Positions 8,007 through 17,123 of a DNA stretch of 36,868 nucleotides are shown here, piece by piece. Under the pieces are notes generated by a model. It did no database searches. It was given only the letters and a program-made list of their open reading frames with translations, and was not told the DNA's origin. A program made the translations under genes and the position numbers. Positions within the stretch are counted from its first letter, which is position 1; every line of letters starts with the position of its first letter. Origin of the DNA: a virus (lineage: Duplodnaviria > Caudoviricetes); IMG/VR virus record IMGVR_UViG_3300017774_000929, positions 1 to 36,868 of that record; one strand, written 5' to 3'.

Positions 8007-8486
8007 ATGCCTGTTTCCCAGACCCTGTGTACGAGCTTCAAGGGCGAGGTTCTTCTCGGCGTGCACGACTTCCGGGCAAGCACCGGGGACACGTTCAAAC
8101 TGGCTCTGTATACCTCCGCCGCAAACATCGGCCCCGACACCACGGCCTACAGCACGACCAACGAGGTTGTCGGCACGGGCTACACGGCTGGAGGCGTTAC
8201 GCTAACCAAGCTGGGCGTCCAAACCAGCGACATCCAGTATGGCTCAAGTCTGGGTGTTGGTTTCACGTCTTTCATGACCGTAGCGCTGCCCGCTTCCTCT
8301 ATCACCGCCGCTGCAGCCCTGATCTACAACACGACGCCTTCGGCGAACGGCATCGCTGGCACGCCGCTAACCAACCCTGCTGTGTGCGTGCTCGACTTCG
8401 GGGGCGACAAAACGACTGCGGGGACCACGTTCACCATTACCTTCCCAACAGCGGCGGGTAACTCGGCCATCATAAGGGTGGCGTGA
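8007..8486 (+). CDS. Putative tail structural protein, 159 aa
   Basis: GAGG RBS; CTSFKGEVLLGVHDF, FKLALYTS, GYTAGG, ALIYN, VLDFGGDKT, AIIRVA. Confidence 0.7.
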   Translation: MPVSQTLCTSFKGEVLLGVHDFRASTGDTFKLALYTSAANIGPDTTAYSTTNEVVGTGYTAGGVTLTKLGVQTSDIQYGSSLGVGFTSFMTVALPASSITAAAALIYNTTPSANGIAGTPLTNPAVCVLDFGGDKTTAGTTFTITFPTAAGNSAIIRVA

Positions 8487-8842
8487 TGCTCAGATTTCTG
8501 CAGCCTTACCTGCTGTACGTCGCTGGCGCTGCCGTGTTGGCCGCTGCCTTTGGTGGTTGGACCGCGCGCGACTGGCAGTGCAAAGCCCGGGAAGCTGAAG
8601 TCATGCGCCGCGTGGCCGACGAAAAAGACCGCATGCAGGAGACCATCAATGCCCAGTCAGCCGCGTATGAAGAAGCAAAAGCTGCAGCCGCTGTCGTCTC
8701 TGTTCAGCGGACCCACACGATCAGGGAAGTGTTCCGCGATGTTCCGGTTGATGCTAGCTGTGCTCCTCCTGCCTCTGTTGACGGCCTGCTCTTGGATGCC
8801 GTGGAGGACGCCAACCGTACAGTTTCCGGCTCCCCCCGCTAA
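8483..8842 (+). CDS. Rz: Inner-membrane spanin (Rz-like), ~119 aa
   Basis: N-terminal TM segment, Ala-rich coiled coil, C-terminal Cys/Pro; overlaps a lipoprotein gene in the +1 frame. Start GTG 8483 or ATG 8486. Confidence 0.75.
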   Translation: MMLRFLQPYLLYVAGAAVLAAAFGGWTARDWQCKAREAEVMRRVADEKDRMQETINAQSAAYEEAKAAAAVVSVQRTHTIREVFRDVPVDASCAPPASVDGLLLDAVEDANRTVSGSPR

Positions 8843-9008
8843 CCTAGCGGCCCCGTGTCCGCCGCTGACACTACCGCCTACCCCGCTTCTGGACCCCGAG
8901 AGGGCTGTATGGGAAGCCGACATGATCGCCAAATACGGCGACTGCGGAGCCCGACATGTCAACACTATCGAGGCTTGGAAGAGGGCTGCTAACCGCAGTA
9001 ATCAGTGA
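8739..9008 (+). CDS. Rz1: Outer-membrane lipoprotein spanin (Rz1-like), 89 aa
   Basis: MFRLMLAVLLLPLLTAC lipobox, Pro-rich PAPPANLAAPCPPL, YGDCGARH; AGGGAAG upstream of ATG 8739; overlaps the 3' end of Rz. Confidence 0.78.
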   Translation: MFRLMLAVLLLPLLTACSWMPWRTPTVQFPAPPANLAAPCPPLTLPPTPLLDPERAVWEADMIAKYGDCGARHVNTIEAWKRAANRSNQ

Positions 9009-9049
9009 TATACACGACTAAACGCGTATGCTTCTAACAGGAACCGCAG

Positions 9050-12000
9050 ATGGCTAGCACGTACAGCCCCCTTAAAATCGAGCTTATGGCTACGGGGGAG
9101 AAAAACAACACGTGGGGTGCTATTACCAACACCAACCTTGGTACGGCCCTTGAGGAAGCCATCACTGGCACCGCAGATGTTACTTTTGCCAGTGGCAACG
9201 TAACCATCAGCTTGACGGACACCAATGCGTCCCAGACCGCGCGGAACCTGCGCCTTAACCTGATCGGCACCACTGCCGGTGCTCGGGACCTCATCGTCCC
9301 GGCCATCGAAAAACTCTACTTCATCAACAACACCTGCGCCGACACCATCACGGTGAAGAACACCACGGGCACCGGCATCGCCGTCCCGGCGGGTAAAACC
9401 ATGGTGGTGTTTAACAACGCTACCAACGTGGTGGATGGCGTCACTCACCTGACTTCGCTCACGCTTGCGTCGTCCCTACCTGTGACCTCCGGCGGCACCG
9501 GGACCACCACGTCTACCGGCACCGGCTCTGTCGTCCTCAACAACACCCCCACGCTTATCGCTCCTCTGCTGGGCACCCCCACTTCGGGCGTGCTGACTAA
9601 CGCCACGGGCCTCCCGATCAGCACTGGCGTGTCCGGCCTCGGCGCTAACGTCGCCACTTTCTTGGGCACCCCCAGCTCCTCTAACCTTGCAGCTGCCGTC
9701 ACGGACGAGACTGGCTCTGGCGCTCTGGTGTTCGCCAACACCCCTACGCTTATCGCCCCTCTGCTGGGCACCCCCACCTCCGGCGTGATGACTAACGTCA
9801 CTGGTCTGCCGATCAGCACTGGCGTGTCCGGCCTCGGCACGGGCGTAGCCACCTTCTTGGGCACCCCTAGCTCTTCCAACCTTGCGGCTGCCGTCACTGA
9901 CGAGACGGGCACAGGCTCACTGGTGTTCGCTAACACCCCTACGCTTATTGCCCCCCTGCTGGGCACCCCGACTTCGGGTGTGCTGACTAACGCCACGGGC
10001 CTCCCGATCAGCACTGGCGTGTCTGGCCTTGGCGCTGGTGTCGCCACTTTCTTGGGCACTCCTAGCTCCGCTAACCTCGCCGCTGCTGTCACGGACGAGA
10101 CAGGTTCTGGCGCGCTGGTGTTCGGCACCTCCCCGACCATCACTTCCGCTTCGCTGGTCACTCCGGCACTGGGGACCCCTTCGTCAGGCACGCTGACTAG
10201 CTGTACTGGCCTCCCGATCAGCACGGGTGTGTCCGGCCTCGGTACTGGCGTCGCCACTTTCCTCGCTACCCCTAGCTCCGCTAACCTCGCCGCCGCTGTC
10301 ACGGACGAGACGGGCACTGGTTCACTGGTGTTCGCCACGTCGCCTACGCTGGTCACTCCGGTTCTTGGAACTCCGGCTTCCGCCACTCTGACTAACGCTA
10401 CCGGCCTGCCGATCAGCACGGGTGTGTCGGGTCTCGGCACTGGCGTCGCTACTTTCCTCGCTACCCCCAGCTCCGCCAACCTCCTAGCTGCCGTTACGGA
10501 CGAAACGGGCTCGGGTTCGCTGGTGTTCGCTAACACCCCTACGCTGGTTGCTCCGGCGCTGGGCACCCCCTCGTCCGCTACCCTCACTAACGCCACGGGC
10601 CTGCCTATCAACACGGGTGTGTCGGGTCTCGGTACAGGTGTCGCTACCTTCCTTGGCACCCCTAGCTCCGCCAACCTCCTCGCGGCGGTCACGGACGAGA
10701 CGGGCACTGGCTCGCTGGTGTTCGCCACGTCGCCTACGTTGGTCACTCCGGTTCTGGGCACCCCCTCTTCGGGGACGCTGACTAGCTGTACCGGTCTGCC
10801 TCTAACCACGGGTGTCACTGGTACCCTGCCTGTCGGCAACGGCGGCACTGGCGCTACCACGCTTGCCTCTAACGGAGTTATATACGGCAACGGAACTGGC
10901 GCTGTTGGGGTCACAGCTGTCGGCGCAATCGGAGAAGTTCTGATCGGCACCGGCGGTGCCCCTTCGTGGGGCGCGCCACCCGCCGCTGGTGTCACTTCCA
11001 TCAGCTTTGGGTCTACGGGCCTTACTCCGAACACCGCTACTGGCGGCGTCATCACTGTCGCTGGGACACTGGCTGTCGCCAACGGCGGCACTGGTATCAC
11101 GTCGTTTGGCACTGGCGTCGCTACCTTCCTTGGCACCCCTAGCTCCGCCAACCTTCTAGCCGCCGTCACGGACGAGACGGGCACTGGGTCGCTGGTGTTC
11201 GCTACTTCCCCGACGCTGGTTACTCCGGCACTGGGGACCCCTTCGTCAGGCACGCTGACTAGCTGTACTGGCCTGCCTATCAGCACGGGCGTGTCTGGCC
11301 TTGGCACTGGCGTCGCCACCTTTCTCGCCTCTCAACTCACGGCAACGGCGTCGGCGGCTACTCTGGTAACTACGGCGGTCAACGAGGCGGTAGAAGTCAC
11401 TATCGCGTCGGCGGCTACTACCGACCTTGCCGGGGCGGCTGGCAACAGCATCCTTATCTCTGGCACAACTACGATCACGGCCCTTGGCACCGCGACCAGT
11501 GGCGCTATTCGCCGGGTTCGGTTCTCTGGCATTCTAACGCTAACACACAACGGCACGTCTCTGATCCTACCGACCGCTGCCAACATCACGACGGCGGTGG
11601 GCGACACGGCAGAGTTCATGTCGCTGGGTTCTGGCAACTGGGTTTGCACCCGCTACAACCGCGTGAGCGGCACAGCATTGCTGGGTGTAACAACTATTAC
11701 CTTTGGGTCCACTGGTCTCACTCCTTCTACTGCTTCCAGCGGTGCCGTAACTGTCGCTGGTACGCTGGCTGTCGCCAACGGCGGTACGGGGCGCGCTACG
11801 TCGACCACGGCTTACGGCCTTCTTGCGGCAGGTACGACGGCAACCGGCGCGCACCAAACGCTCGCGGCGGGCGCAACAACTGCGATACTGGTCGGGGGCG
11901 GCACTTCGGCGCTTCCTGTCTGGACTACAGCCACGGGCAGTGGGGCACCGGTCAGGGCTACTTCCCCGACGCTGGTTACTCCTACGCTCGGCGCTGCCTC

Positions 12001-14065
12001 CGCTACATCGCTTGCTCTGGCTGCTGGCCTTGTGGCCACCCCGTCCCTCACCTTCACGGGGGATTTGAACACCGGGATGTGGTCCCCCGCCGCCGATACA
12101 ATCGCGTGGTCCACGGCTGGCACCGAGAAGATGCGGATTACCTCGACCGGCGACGTCGGCATCGGGACGAGTTCGCCTAGCGGACTGCTTGATGTCGTTG
12201 GTCAAACCCGAGTAGGGGGCGGAAGTTCCGCAGACGCGCTTGTGGTTCGCGGTCGAACAAGCGACAACCTTGGTTTTATTTTGCTGTCAAACAGCGGCGG
12301 CGGGACGGCGTACGCGTATATTGGCACTCCAGCCGTAAACCAGTTGGCTTTTTATACCAACGGGTTCGCAGAACGGATGCGCATCGACTCATCCGGCAAC
12401 GTCGGCATCGGTACGAGTTCGCCTACAGAAAAACTGGACGTTGTCGGCAACGTCGAACTAAGCGGCAATGGTAACAGGCGCCTTACTTTTTATAGCTCTA
12501 CTAACTGGCGATACAACTTTGCTAGTGTTGGCGATGACTTTAATGTTTACGACGCAGACAACACTAACTTCCTACAGTTCTTCTACAGCGGCACGTTGGC
12601 ATTCAAGCGCGCGTCTGTGCTCGGCGCACTACACGTTTTGCAAGGCGGTAACGTCGGCATCGGGACGACTGCGCCTAATGATAAGCTGGAAGTGTTTGGC
12701 GGAAACGTCCGTTCCGCTTTGGTCGGGGCTTCGGCGACTACCCTTCGCGGGTTTGTCATGGCGTCTGATTCGACTGAGTTTGCCAGCCTCAAAGCCGAAT
12801 CATCAGCAGGAGAAACGCGCTTAACGTCAGGCTTCGCTGGTTTTGGCGGACTGACAACGTTTCATACTAACGGCACCGAGAAGATGCGCATCGCCGCAGA
12901 TGGCAACGTCGGCATCGGGACCAGCGTAACTGCTGGCGTAAAACTTACTGTTGCAGGCAGCACGGCGTTTACGTTTGCGCAGTTTTCTACAGCGCACGTG
13001 GTCCTCGGTTCTACCAACTCCAGCGGTTCGCTGTTCGTCAACACGCCGTCGCTAAACGGCTCGTTCACCAGTGGCCTTGGTATCGACGGCAGCTATTCTG
13101 GCACAACATCAACAGTAAACCTGTCAGCGGTTGGCGTGTTTTCTGGCGGCGGGTATGGCGGTGAGTTTGCGTTCCGCACGTCCTTCGAGGGCCTCACGTA
13201 TGAGCGGATGCGTATCACTAAAGGCGGCAACGTTGGCATCGGGACTGACTCACCAGCTGTTCCACTGCAAGTGAAAGGTGATCTTTCGTCCGGTGGCGTC
13301 AGCATAACCACCAACACTTTCACATCGGGTTCCGCAGGGTCAAACCTTCGCCTGCGCCACAGCGCTACAAGCGGCGACACAATAGCTATTGTTGAAAACT
13401 TGGTCGCTGGCGGGACGACTATTGGCAACCTTGCCATTAACCCTTCTGGCGGCAACGTCGGCATCGGGACGAGTTCGCCGGGATATATTTTGTCGGTTAA
13501 CGACCCCGGCACAGGTTTAGGGTTTACAAACGCGGCCAGCGGCAACTTCAACATTGGCCTTCTGGCTGGCACTGGGTCGGCGGTTGCTTACGTTTTCCAG
13601 CGCGCTAACTCCGATCTTCTGTTCGGCACTAACAACACAGAGAAGATGCGCATTTTCTCTGGCGGCAACGTAGGCATCGGGACTACATCGGTTACAAGTA
13701 TTTTTGGCACGACTGTTAGGGCATTCAGCGCTGGTAGCGGCGCGACACTTCAGTTAGGCGGAACTACAGTAAACGCTTATTTTTACGCTGCGGAAGGGCT
13801 CGGCCTTAGTGCTATTGGAAACACAACAAGCAACCCGTTTATATTCTTTACCAGTGACGTCGAGCGGATACGCATCACCGCTATTGGCAATATCGGCTTC
13901 GGCACGTCGGACCAGTTTGGGGGAGGTCAGAAGGTCATTGGTATCGCAAACGCAACGACTAACCCAGCTACCAACCCTACCGGTGGCGGCGTTCTCTACG
14001 CTGACGGCGGGGCGCTCAAGTGGCGCGGTTCCTCCGGCACTGTCACTACCATCGCTAACGCATAA
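9050..14065 (+). CDS. Long tail fibre / receptor-binding protein, 1671 aa
   Basis: N-terminal anchor (MASTYS..LELMATGE...TWG..TNTNL), 65-aa tandem repeats, V.NGGTG motifs, eight G[ND][VI]G[IF]GT repeats, several preceded by E[KR][MI]RI. Confidence 0.88.
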   Translation: MASTYSPLKIELMATGEKNNTWGAITNTNLGTALEEAITGTADVTFASGNVTISLTDTNASQTARNLRLNLIGTTAGARDLIVPAIEKLYFINNTCADTITVKNTTGTGIAVPAGKTMVVFNNATNVVDGVTHLTSLTLASSLPVTSGGTGTTTSTGTGSVVLNNTPTLIAPLLGTPTSGVLTNATGLPISTGVSGLGANVATFLGTPSSSNLAAAVTDETGSGALVFANTPTLIAPLLGTPTSGVMTNVTGLPISTGVSGLGTGVATFLGTPSSSNLAAAVTDETGTGSLVFANTPTLIAPLLGTPTSGVLTNATGLPISTGVSGLGAGVATFLGTPSSANLAAAVTDETGSGALVFGTSPTITSASLVTPALGTPSSGTLTSCTGLPISTGVSGLGTGVATFLATPSSANLAAAVTDETGTGSLVFATSPTLVTPVLGTPASATLTNATGLPISTGVSGLGTGVATFLATPSSANLLAAVTDETGSGSLVFANTPTLVAPALGTPSSATLTNATGLPINTGVSGLGTGVATFLGTPSSANLLAAVTDETGTGSLVFATSPTLVTPVLGTPSSGTLTSCTGLPLTTGVTGTLPVGNGGTGATTLASNGVIYGNGTGAVGVTAVGAIGEVLIGTGGAPSWGAPPAAGVTSISFGSTGLTPNTATGGVITVAGTLAVANGGTGITSFGTGVATFLGTPSSANLLAAVTDETGTGSLVFATSPTLVTPALGTPSSGTLTSCTGLPISTGVSGLGTGVATFLASQLTATASAATLVTTAVNEAVEVTIASAATTDLAGAAGNSILISGTTTITALGTATSGAIRRVRFSGILTLTHNGTSLILPTAANITTAVGDTAEFMSLGSGNWVCTRYNRVSGTALLGVTTITFGSTGLTPSTASSGAVTVAGTLAVANGGTGRATSTTAYGLLAAGTTATGAHQTLAAGATTAILVGGGTSALPVWTTATGSGAPVRATSPTLVTPTLGAASATSLALAAGLVATPSLTFTGDLNTGMWSPAADTIAWSTAGTEKMRITSTGDVGIGTSSPSGLLDVVGQTRVGGGSSADALVVRGRTSDNLGFILLSNSGGGTAYAYIGTPAVNQLAFYTNGFAERMRIDSSGNVGIGTSSPTEKLDVVGNVELSGNGNRRLTFYSSTNWRYNFASVGDDFNVYDADNTNFLQFFYSGTLAFKRASVLGALHVLQGGNVGIGTTAPNDKLEVFGGNVRSALVGASATTLRGFVMASDSTEFASLKAESSAGETRLTSGFAGFGGLTTFHTNGTEKMRIAADGNVGIGTSVTAGVKLTVAGSTAFTFAQFSTAHVVLGSTNSSGSLFVNTPSLNGSFTSGLGIDGSYSGTTSTVNLSAVGVFSGGGYGGEFAFRTSFEGLTYERMRITKGGNVGIGTDSPAVPLQVKGDLSSGGVSITTNTFTSGSAGSNLRLRHSATSGDTIAIVENLVAGGTTIGNLAINPSGGNVGIGTSSPGYILSVNDPGTGLGFTNAASGNFNIGLLAGTGSAVAYVFQRANSDLLFGTNNTEKMRIFSGGNVGIGTTSVTSIFGTTVRAFSAGSGATLQLGGTTVNAYFYAAEGLGLSAIGNTTSNPFIFFTSDVERIRITAIGNIGFGTSDQFGGGQKVIGIANATTNPATNPTGGGVLYADGGALKWRGSSGTVTTIANA
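9551..11330 (+). repeat. 195-bp (65-aa) coding tandem repeat: six full copies, one partial, one displaced copy
   Basis: Units start ~9551, 9746, 9941, 10151, 10346, 10541 and 10736 (partial). VTDETG[ST]G[AS]LVF occurs 7 times. A 53-bp exact repeat lies at 10160-10212 and 11222-11274. Confidence 0.92.
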
Positions 14066-14076
14066 GGACCTCTACC

Positions 14077-14466
14077 ATGACCATCGCCTACACTTGGATT
14101 ATCTCCTCGCTTGAAGTGGCACCGTCCGACGACGGTATGATCGACGTCATCAAGATCGCTAACTGGCGCTACCGGGCTACGGACAGCACGGACGACATCT
14201 CCTCCGAGGTCTATGGCTCTCAAGGGTTTGCCACTCCTGACCCGGCGTCCTACACCCCATTTGACAGTGTCACCGAGGCACAGGTAGTTGAGTGGATCGA
14301 AGACGCCATCGGCGAGGAAGGCATGGCATCCATGGACGCTTCGCTTGTGGTCAACATCGAGAACATCAGAAACCCGCCCATCGTCACCATGCCTGTGCCG
14401 TGGGCAACGCCTACGCCTGAACCCACTCCGGTAACCCCAACAGAAACAGAGAGCACAGATGCTTAA
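14077..14466 (+). CDS. Fibre-associated acidic protein, 129 aa
   Basis: AAGGA RBS; YTWII..LE, VIKIANWRY, TPFDSVTEAQVVEWIE, PVPW; directly follows the fibre gene. Confidence 0.7.
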   Translation: MTIAYTWIISSLEVAPSDDGMIDVIKIANWRYRATDSTDDISSEVYGSQGFATPDPASYTPFDSVTEAQVVEWIEDAIGEEGMASMDASLVVNIENIRNPPIVTMPVPWATPTPEPTPVTPTETESTDA

Positions 14467-14755
14467 CACTCCCATTCGCGACCGCGCCGGTAACGTCATC
14501 ACGAACCCGGACGGTGAACCCGCAACCATTCGCTTCGCCCTCTACATGGCTATCGACGCCCAGATGGAAGACGACGCGAAAATGGAAGCCGGGGCCAAGC
14601 TGAAGCTCGCCAAACTGAGCCTGAAGCTCGCGGACGAAAAGGCGGAACTGACCGCCGGAGAAACCACCACCCTGCTGGAACGCGCGGCCAAAACCCTGTC
14701 CGTGCTGGTCTATTCGCAGCTGGTGCTGGCCCTCGACCCCAAATCCCTAGACTAG
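14459..14755 (+). CDS. Hypothetical helical protein, possible fibre chaperone, 98 aa
   Basis: Overlaps the previous gene; strongly GC3-biased codons; helical C-terminal half. Confidence 0.65.
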   Translation: MLNTPIRDRAGNVITNPDGEPATIRFALYMAIDAQMEDDAKMEAGAKLKLAKLSLKLADEKAELTAGETTTLLERAAKTLSVLVYSQLVLALDPKSLD

Positions 14756-14765
14756 CGCACCGCCT

Positions 14766-16679
14766 ATGGCCCTCCTGAAGCTACAGTTCAAACCCGGCAT
14801 CAACCGCGACGTCACCAACTATTCGGGTGAAGGCGGCTGGTGGGAGTGCGACAAGATACGCTTCAGGAGCGGCCTGCCGGAGAAGCTGGGCGGCTGGGAG
14901 AAGTATTCCGCTAACCCATTCTACGGGGTGTGCCGCAACCTGTTCTCTTGGGTGACCACGTTCAGCGACATCATGCTGGCAACTGGCACCAACAGAAAAC
15001 TGTATATTGAGCTTAGCGGTGTCTACAACGACGTGACGCCGATCCGGGCTACGTTTGTTTCTTCAGCCACCAACAACTCCCTGTCGGTCAGCAGTGGCTC
15101 AAAGATTGTCCTTGTTACCCTGACAGCCCACGGGGCTCTGGACGGCGATTTCGTCACCATTTCCGGGGTTACCGGAACTATAGGCGGCGTGCCTGACGCC
15201 GAGATAAACGCCAACCACCAAGTCACCGTGGTGGACGCCAACAACTTCACCTTTCTGGTGGACACAGCTGCTACCTCAACTGCGGCCCTGACGGGCGGCA
15301 CTGCCATCACAATGGTGTTTGAAATCCACGTCGGCAGCGCCTCGCTTGTCTACGGGTACGGCTGGGGTGTGGGTGTGTGGGGTCAGGGCCGAGGTTGGGG
15401 TTCACCTGCATCTACCCCCATCATCGAACCGCAGCAGGACTGGTGGTTTGATAACTTTGACAACGACCTGTTTTCCAACATCCGTGGCGGCGCAGCGTAT
15501 GTGTGGGAGCGCGGCACAACAGTAGACCCGGCCACCGCGTTGAATACGCCAGCTATTTCACTGCAGGCTTACGCTACTGCTGGGAGCTTTGACCCGAACG
15601 CGGTGCCCTCAGCCATCATGCAGATCATGGTGTCACAGCAGGACAGACACCTCATTGCCTTTGGCGCTGTTCCGTATGGAAGCACCAGCGTAGCCGACTT
15701 CGACCCCATGCTTATCCGTTGGGCCGATCAAGACACACCGGGTGACTGGACGCCGACAGTCACCAACTCAGCGGGTTTCCTGCGCGCTTCGCGCGGTTCG
15801 CGCATCGTCACGGCCCTACCCACCCGCCAAGAAATCTTGGTTTGGACTGACACCACCCTTTACGCACTGCAGTTCCTAGGGACTACCGACGTGTTCGGCC
15901 TGCAGGAGTACGCGCCCGACATTACCATCGCAGGTCCTCGGGCAAGAATATCGGCTTCCAACGTCGTATACTGGATGGGTCGCGGCAAGTTTTACGCATA
16001 TTCTGGACGTGTGGACACTCTAGACTGCACACTGCTTAACCATGTGTTCGGCAACCTTAACTATGAACAACTGGAACAAGTCGTAGCTGGCACTAACGAA
16101 CAGTGGAACGAAATCTGGTGGTTCTATCCCAGCGCTCAGTCCAATGCAAACGACAGCTATGTCATATACAACTACTTAGAAAAGCTTTGGTATTACGGCA
16201 TGATGCCTCGTACAGCTTGGCTGGACTCCAGACTGTATTCAGGGCCGCTGGCTTCAAACAACGACGAGCCAGATGCCCTTACTGAAACTGGGTATAACTA
16301 CATCCACGAGGTTGGCGTTAACGACGACGTGTCGCCGATGGAGTCCTACATCCAGTCCAACGACTTTGACTTGGGTGACGGGGACAAGTTCATGCTGTCC
16401 CGCAGGCTTATCCCTGACGTCAGGTTTGAGAACTCTACGTCGGCGCACCCAGAGGTCACCTTCACGTTGCAGTCGCGGAACTTCCCGGGCAGTGCCCGTC
16501 GCGCCGATGCGCAGGATGCTAGGCCGGTCATCCAGACGGCTGTGGATGAGTTTACAGAGCAGGTGTTTATCCGTGCCCGCGCTAGACAGATGTCGCTGAA
16601 AGTTTCGTCGGCTGACTTGGGCGTACACTGGAACCTAGGCACGTCGCGCCTCGACGTGCGCGAAGACGGAACTCGCTGA
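14766..16679 (+). CDS. Tail nozzle / DNA-stabilisation (P22 gp10-like) protein, 637 aa
   Basis: [65 protein letters not shown], terminal DGTR; beta-propeller-like composition; upstream of the ejection module. Confidence 0.72.
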   Translation: MALLKLQFKPGINRDVTNYSGEGGWWECDKIRFRSGLPEKLGGWEKYSANPFYGVCRNLFSWVTTFSDIMLATGTNRKLYIELSGVYNDVTPIRATFVSSATNNSLSVSSGSKIVLVTLTAHGALDGDFVTISGVTGTIGGVPDAEINANHQVTVVDANNFTFLVDTAATSTAALTGGTAITMVFEIHVGSASLVYGYGWGVGVWGQGRGWGSPASTPIIEPQQDWWFDNFDNDLFSNIRGGAAYVWERGTTVDPATALNTPAISLQAYATAGSFDPNAVPSAIMQIMVSQQDRHLIAFGAVPYGSTSVADFDPMLIRWADQDTPGDWTPTVTNSAGFLRASRGSRIVTALPTRQEILVWTDTTLYALQFLGTTDVFGLQEYAPDITIAGPRARISASNVVYWMGRGKFYAYSGRVDTLDCTLLNHVFGNLNYEQLEQVVAGTNEQWNEIWWFYPSAQSNANDSYVIYNYLEKLWYYGMMPRTAWLDSRLYSGPLASNNDEPDALTETGYNYIHEVGVNDDVSPMESYIQSNDFDLGDGDKFMLSRRLIPDVRFENSTSAHPEVTFTLQSRNFPGSARRADAQDARPVIQTAVDEFTEQVFIRARARQMSLKVSSADLGVHWNLGTSRLDVREDGTR

Positions 16680-16680
16680 T

Positions 16681-17058
16681 ATGGCTCTGGAACTCTTCAA
16701 GTTTTCTCCGCTGCCGAACCCGCCAGAAACCTACGACCCGATTTTCTTCCGGCAGTTCCTGCGTACGCTGGAGATTTACTTTGCCCAGCTGGACGCGCTG
16801 ACACCCAACCAAGCCAAGTCCTACCGGGCTACCGAGTTTTTTGGTGGGACCTTCGCCGGAGGCAGTCTGGCTGTTAGCGGGAATGCAGGGGTAGGAACAT
16901 CGACGCAGTTCGGCTCTGGCGCTGGTGTGCTTGGTATGGCTAACGCCACGACGGTACCTACCACTAACCCCACTGGGGGCGGCGTACTCTACATCCAAGC
17001 GGGAGCGCTCAAGTATCGCGGCTCTTCCGGCACCGTAACAACTATAGCTCCAGCCTAG
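16681..17058 (+). CDS. Small tail protein with a fibre-type C-terminal module, 125 aa
   Basis: [10 protein letters not shown]...[13 protein letters not shown]-terminus; last 59 aa align without gaps to the fibre C-terminus. Confidence 0.78.
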   Translation: MALELFKFSPLPNPPETYDPIFFRQFLRTLEIYFAQLDALTPNQAKSYRATEFFGGTFAGGSLAVSGNAGVGTSTQFGSGAGVLGMANATTVPTTNPTGGGVLYIQAGALKYRGSSGTVTTIAPA

Positions 17059-17123
17059 CAGGCGTCGTATTGTTAGTGTAGATTTTGCAGTGGCTGTGTA
17101 GCCGCTACTCCGAGGACCAAGCC

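Noticed and set aside
8550-8738. N-terminal extension of the Rz1-like ORF
   Set aside because: The signal peptide and lipobox only make sense from ATG 8739 (or 8751).
9551-11330. Regularly spaced repeats as a possible CRISPR array
   Set aside because: Units are 195-bp in-frame coding repeats varying mostly at third codon positions, with no unique spacers or cas operon.
13886-17058. Duplicated fibre tip as a DGR template/variable repeat pair or invertible tip
   Set aside because: Differences are not adenine-specific, both copies are in direct orientation within genes, and no reverse transcriptase or invertase is in the window.
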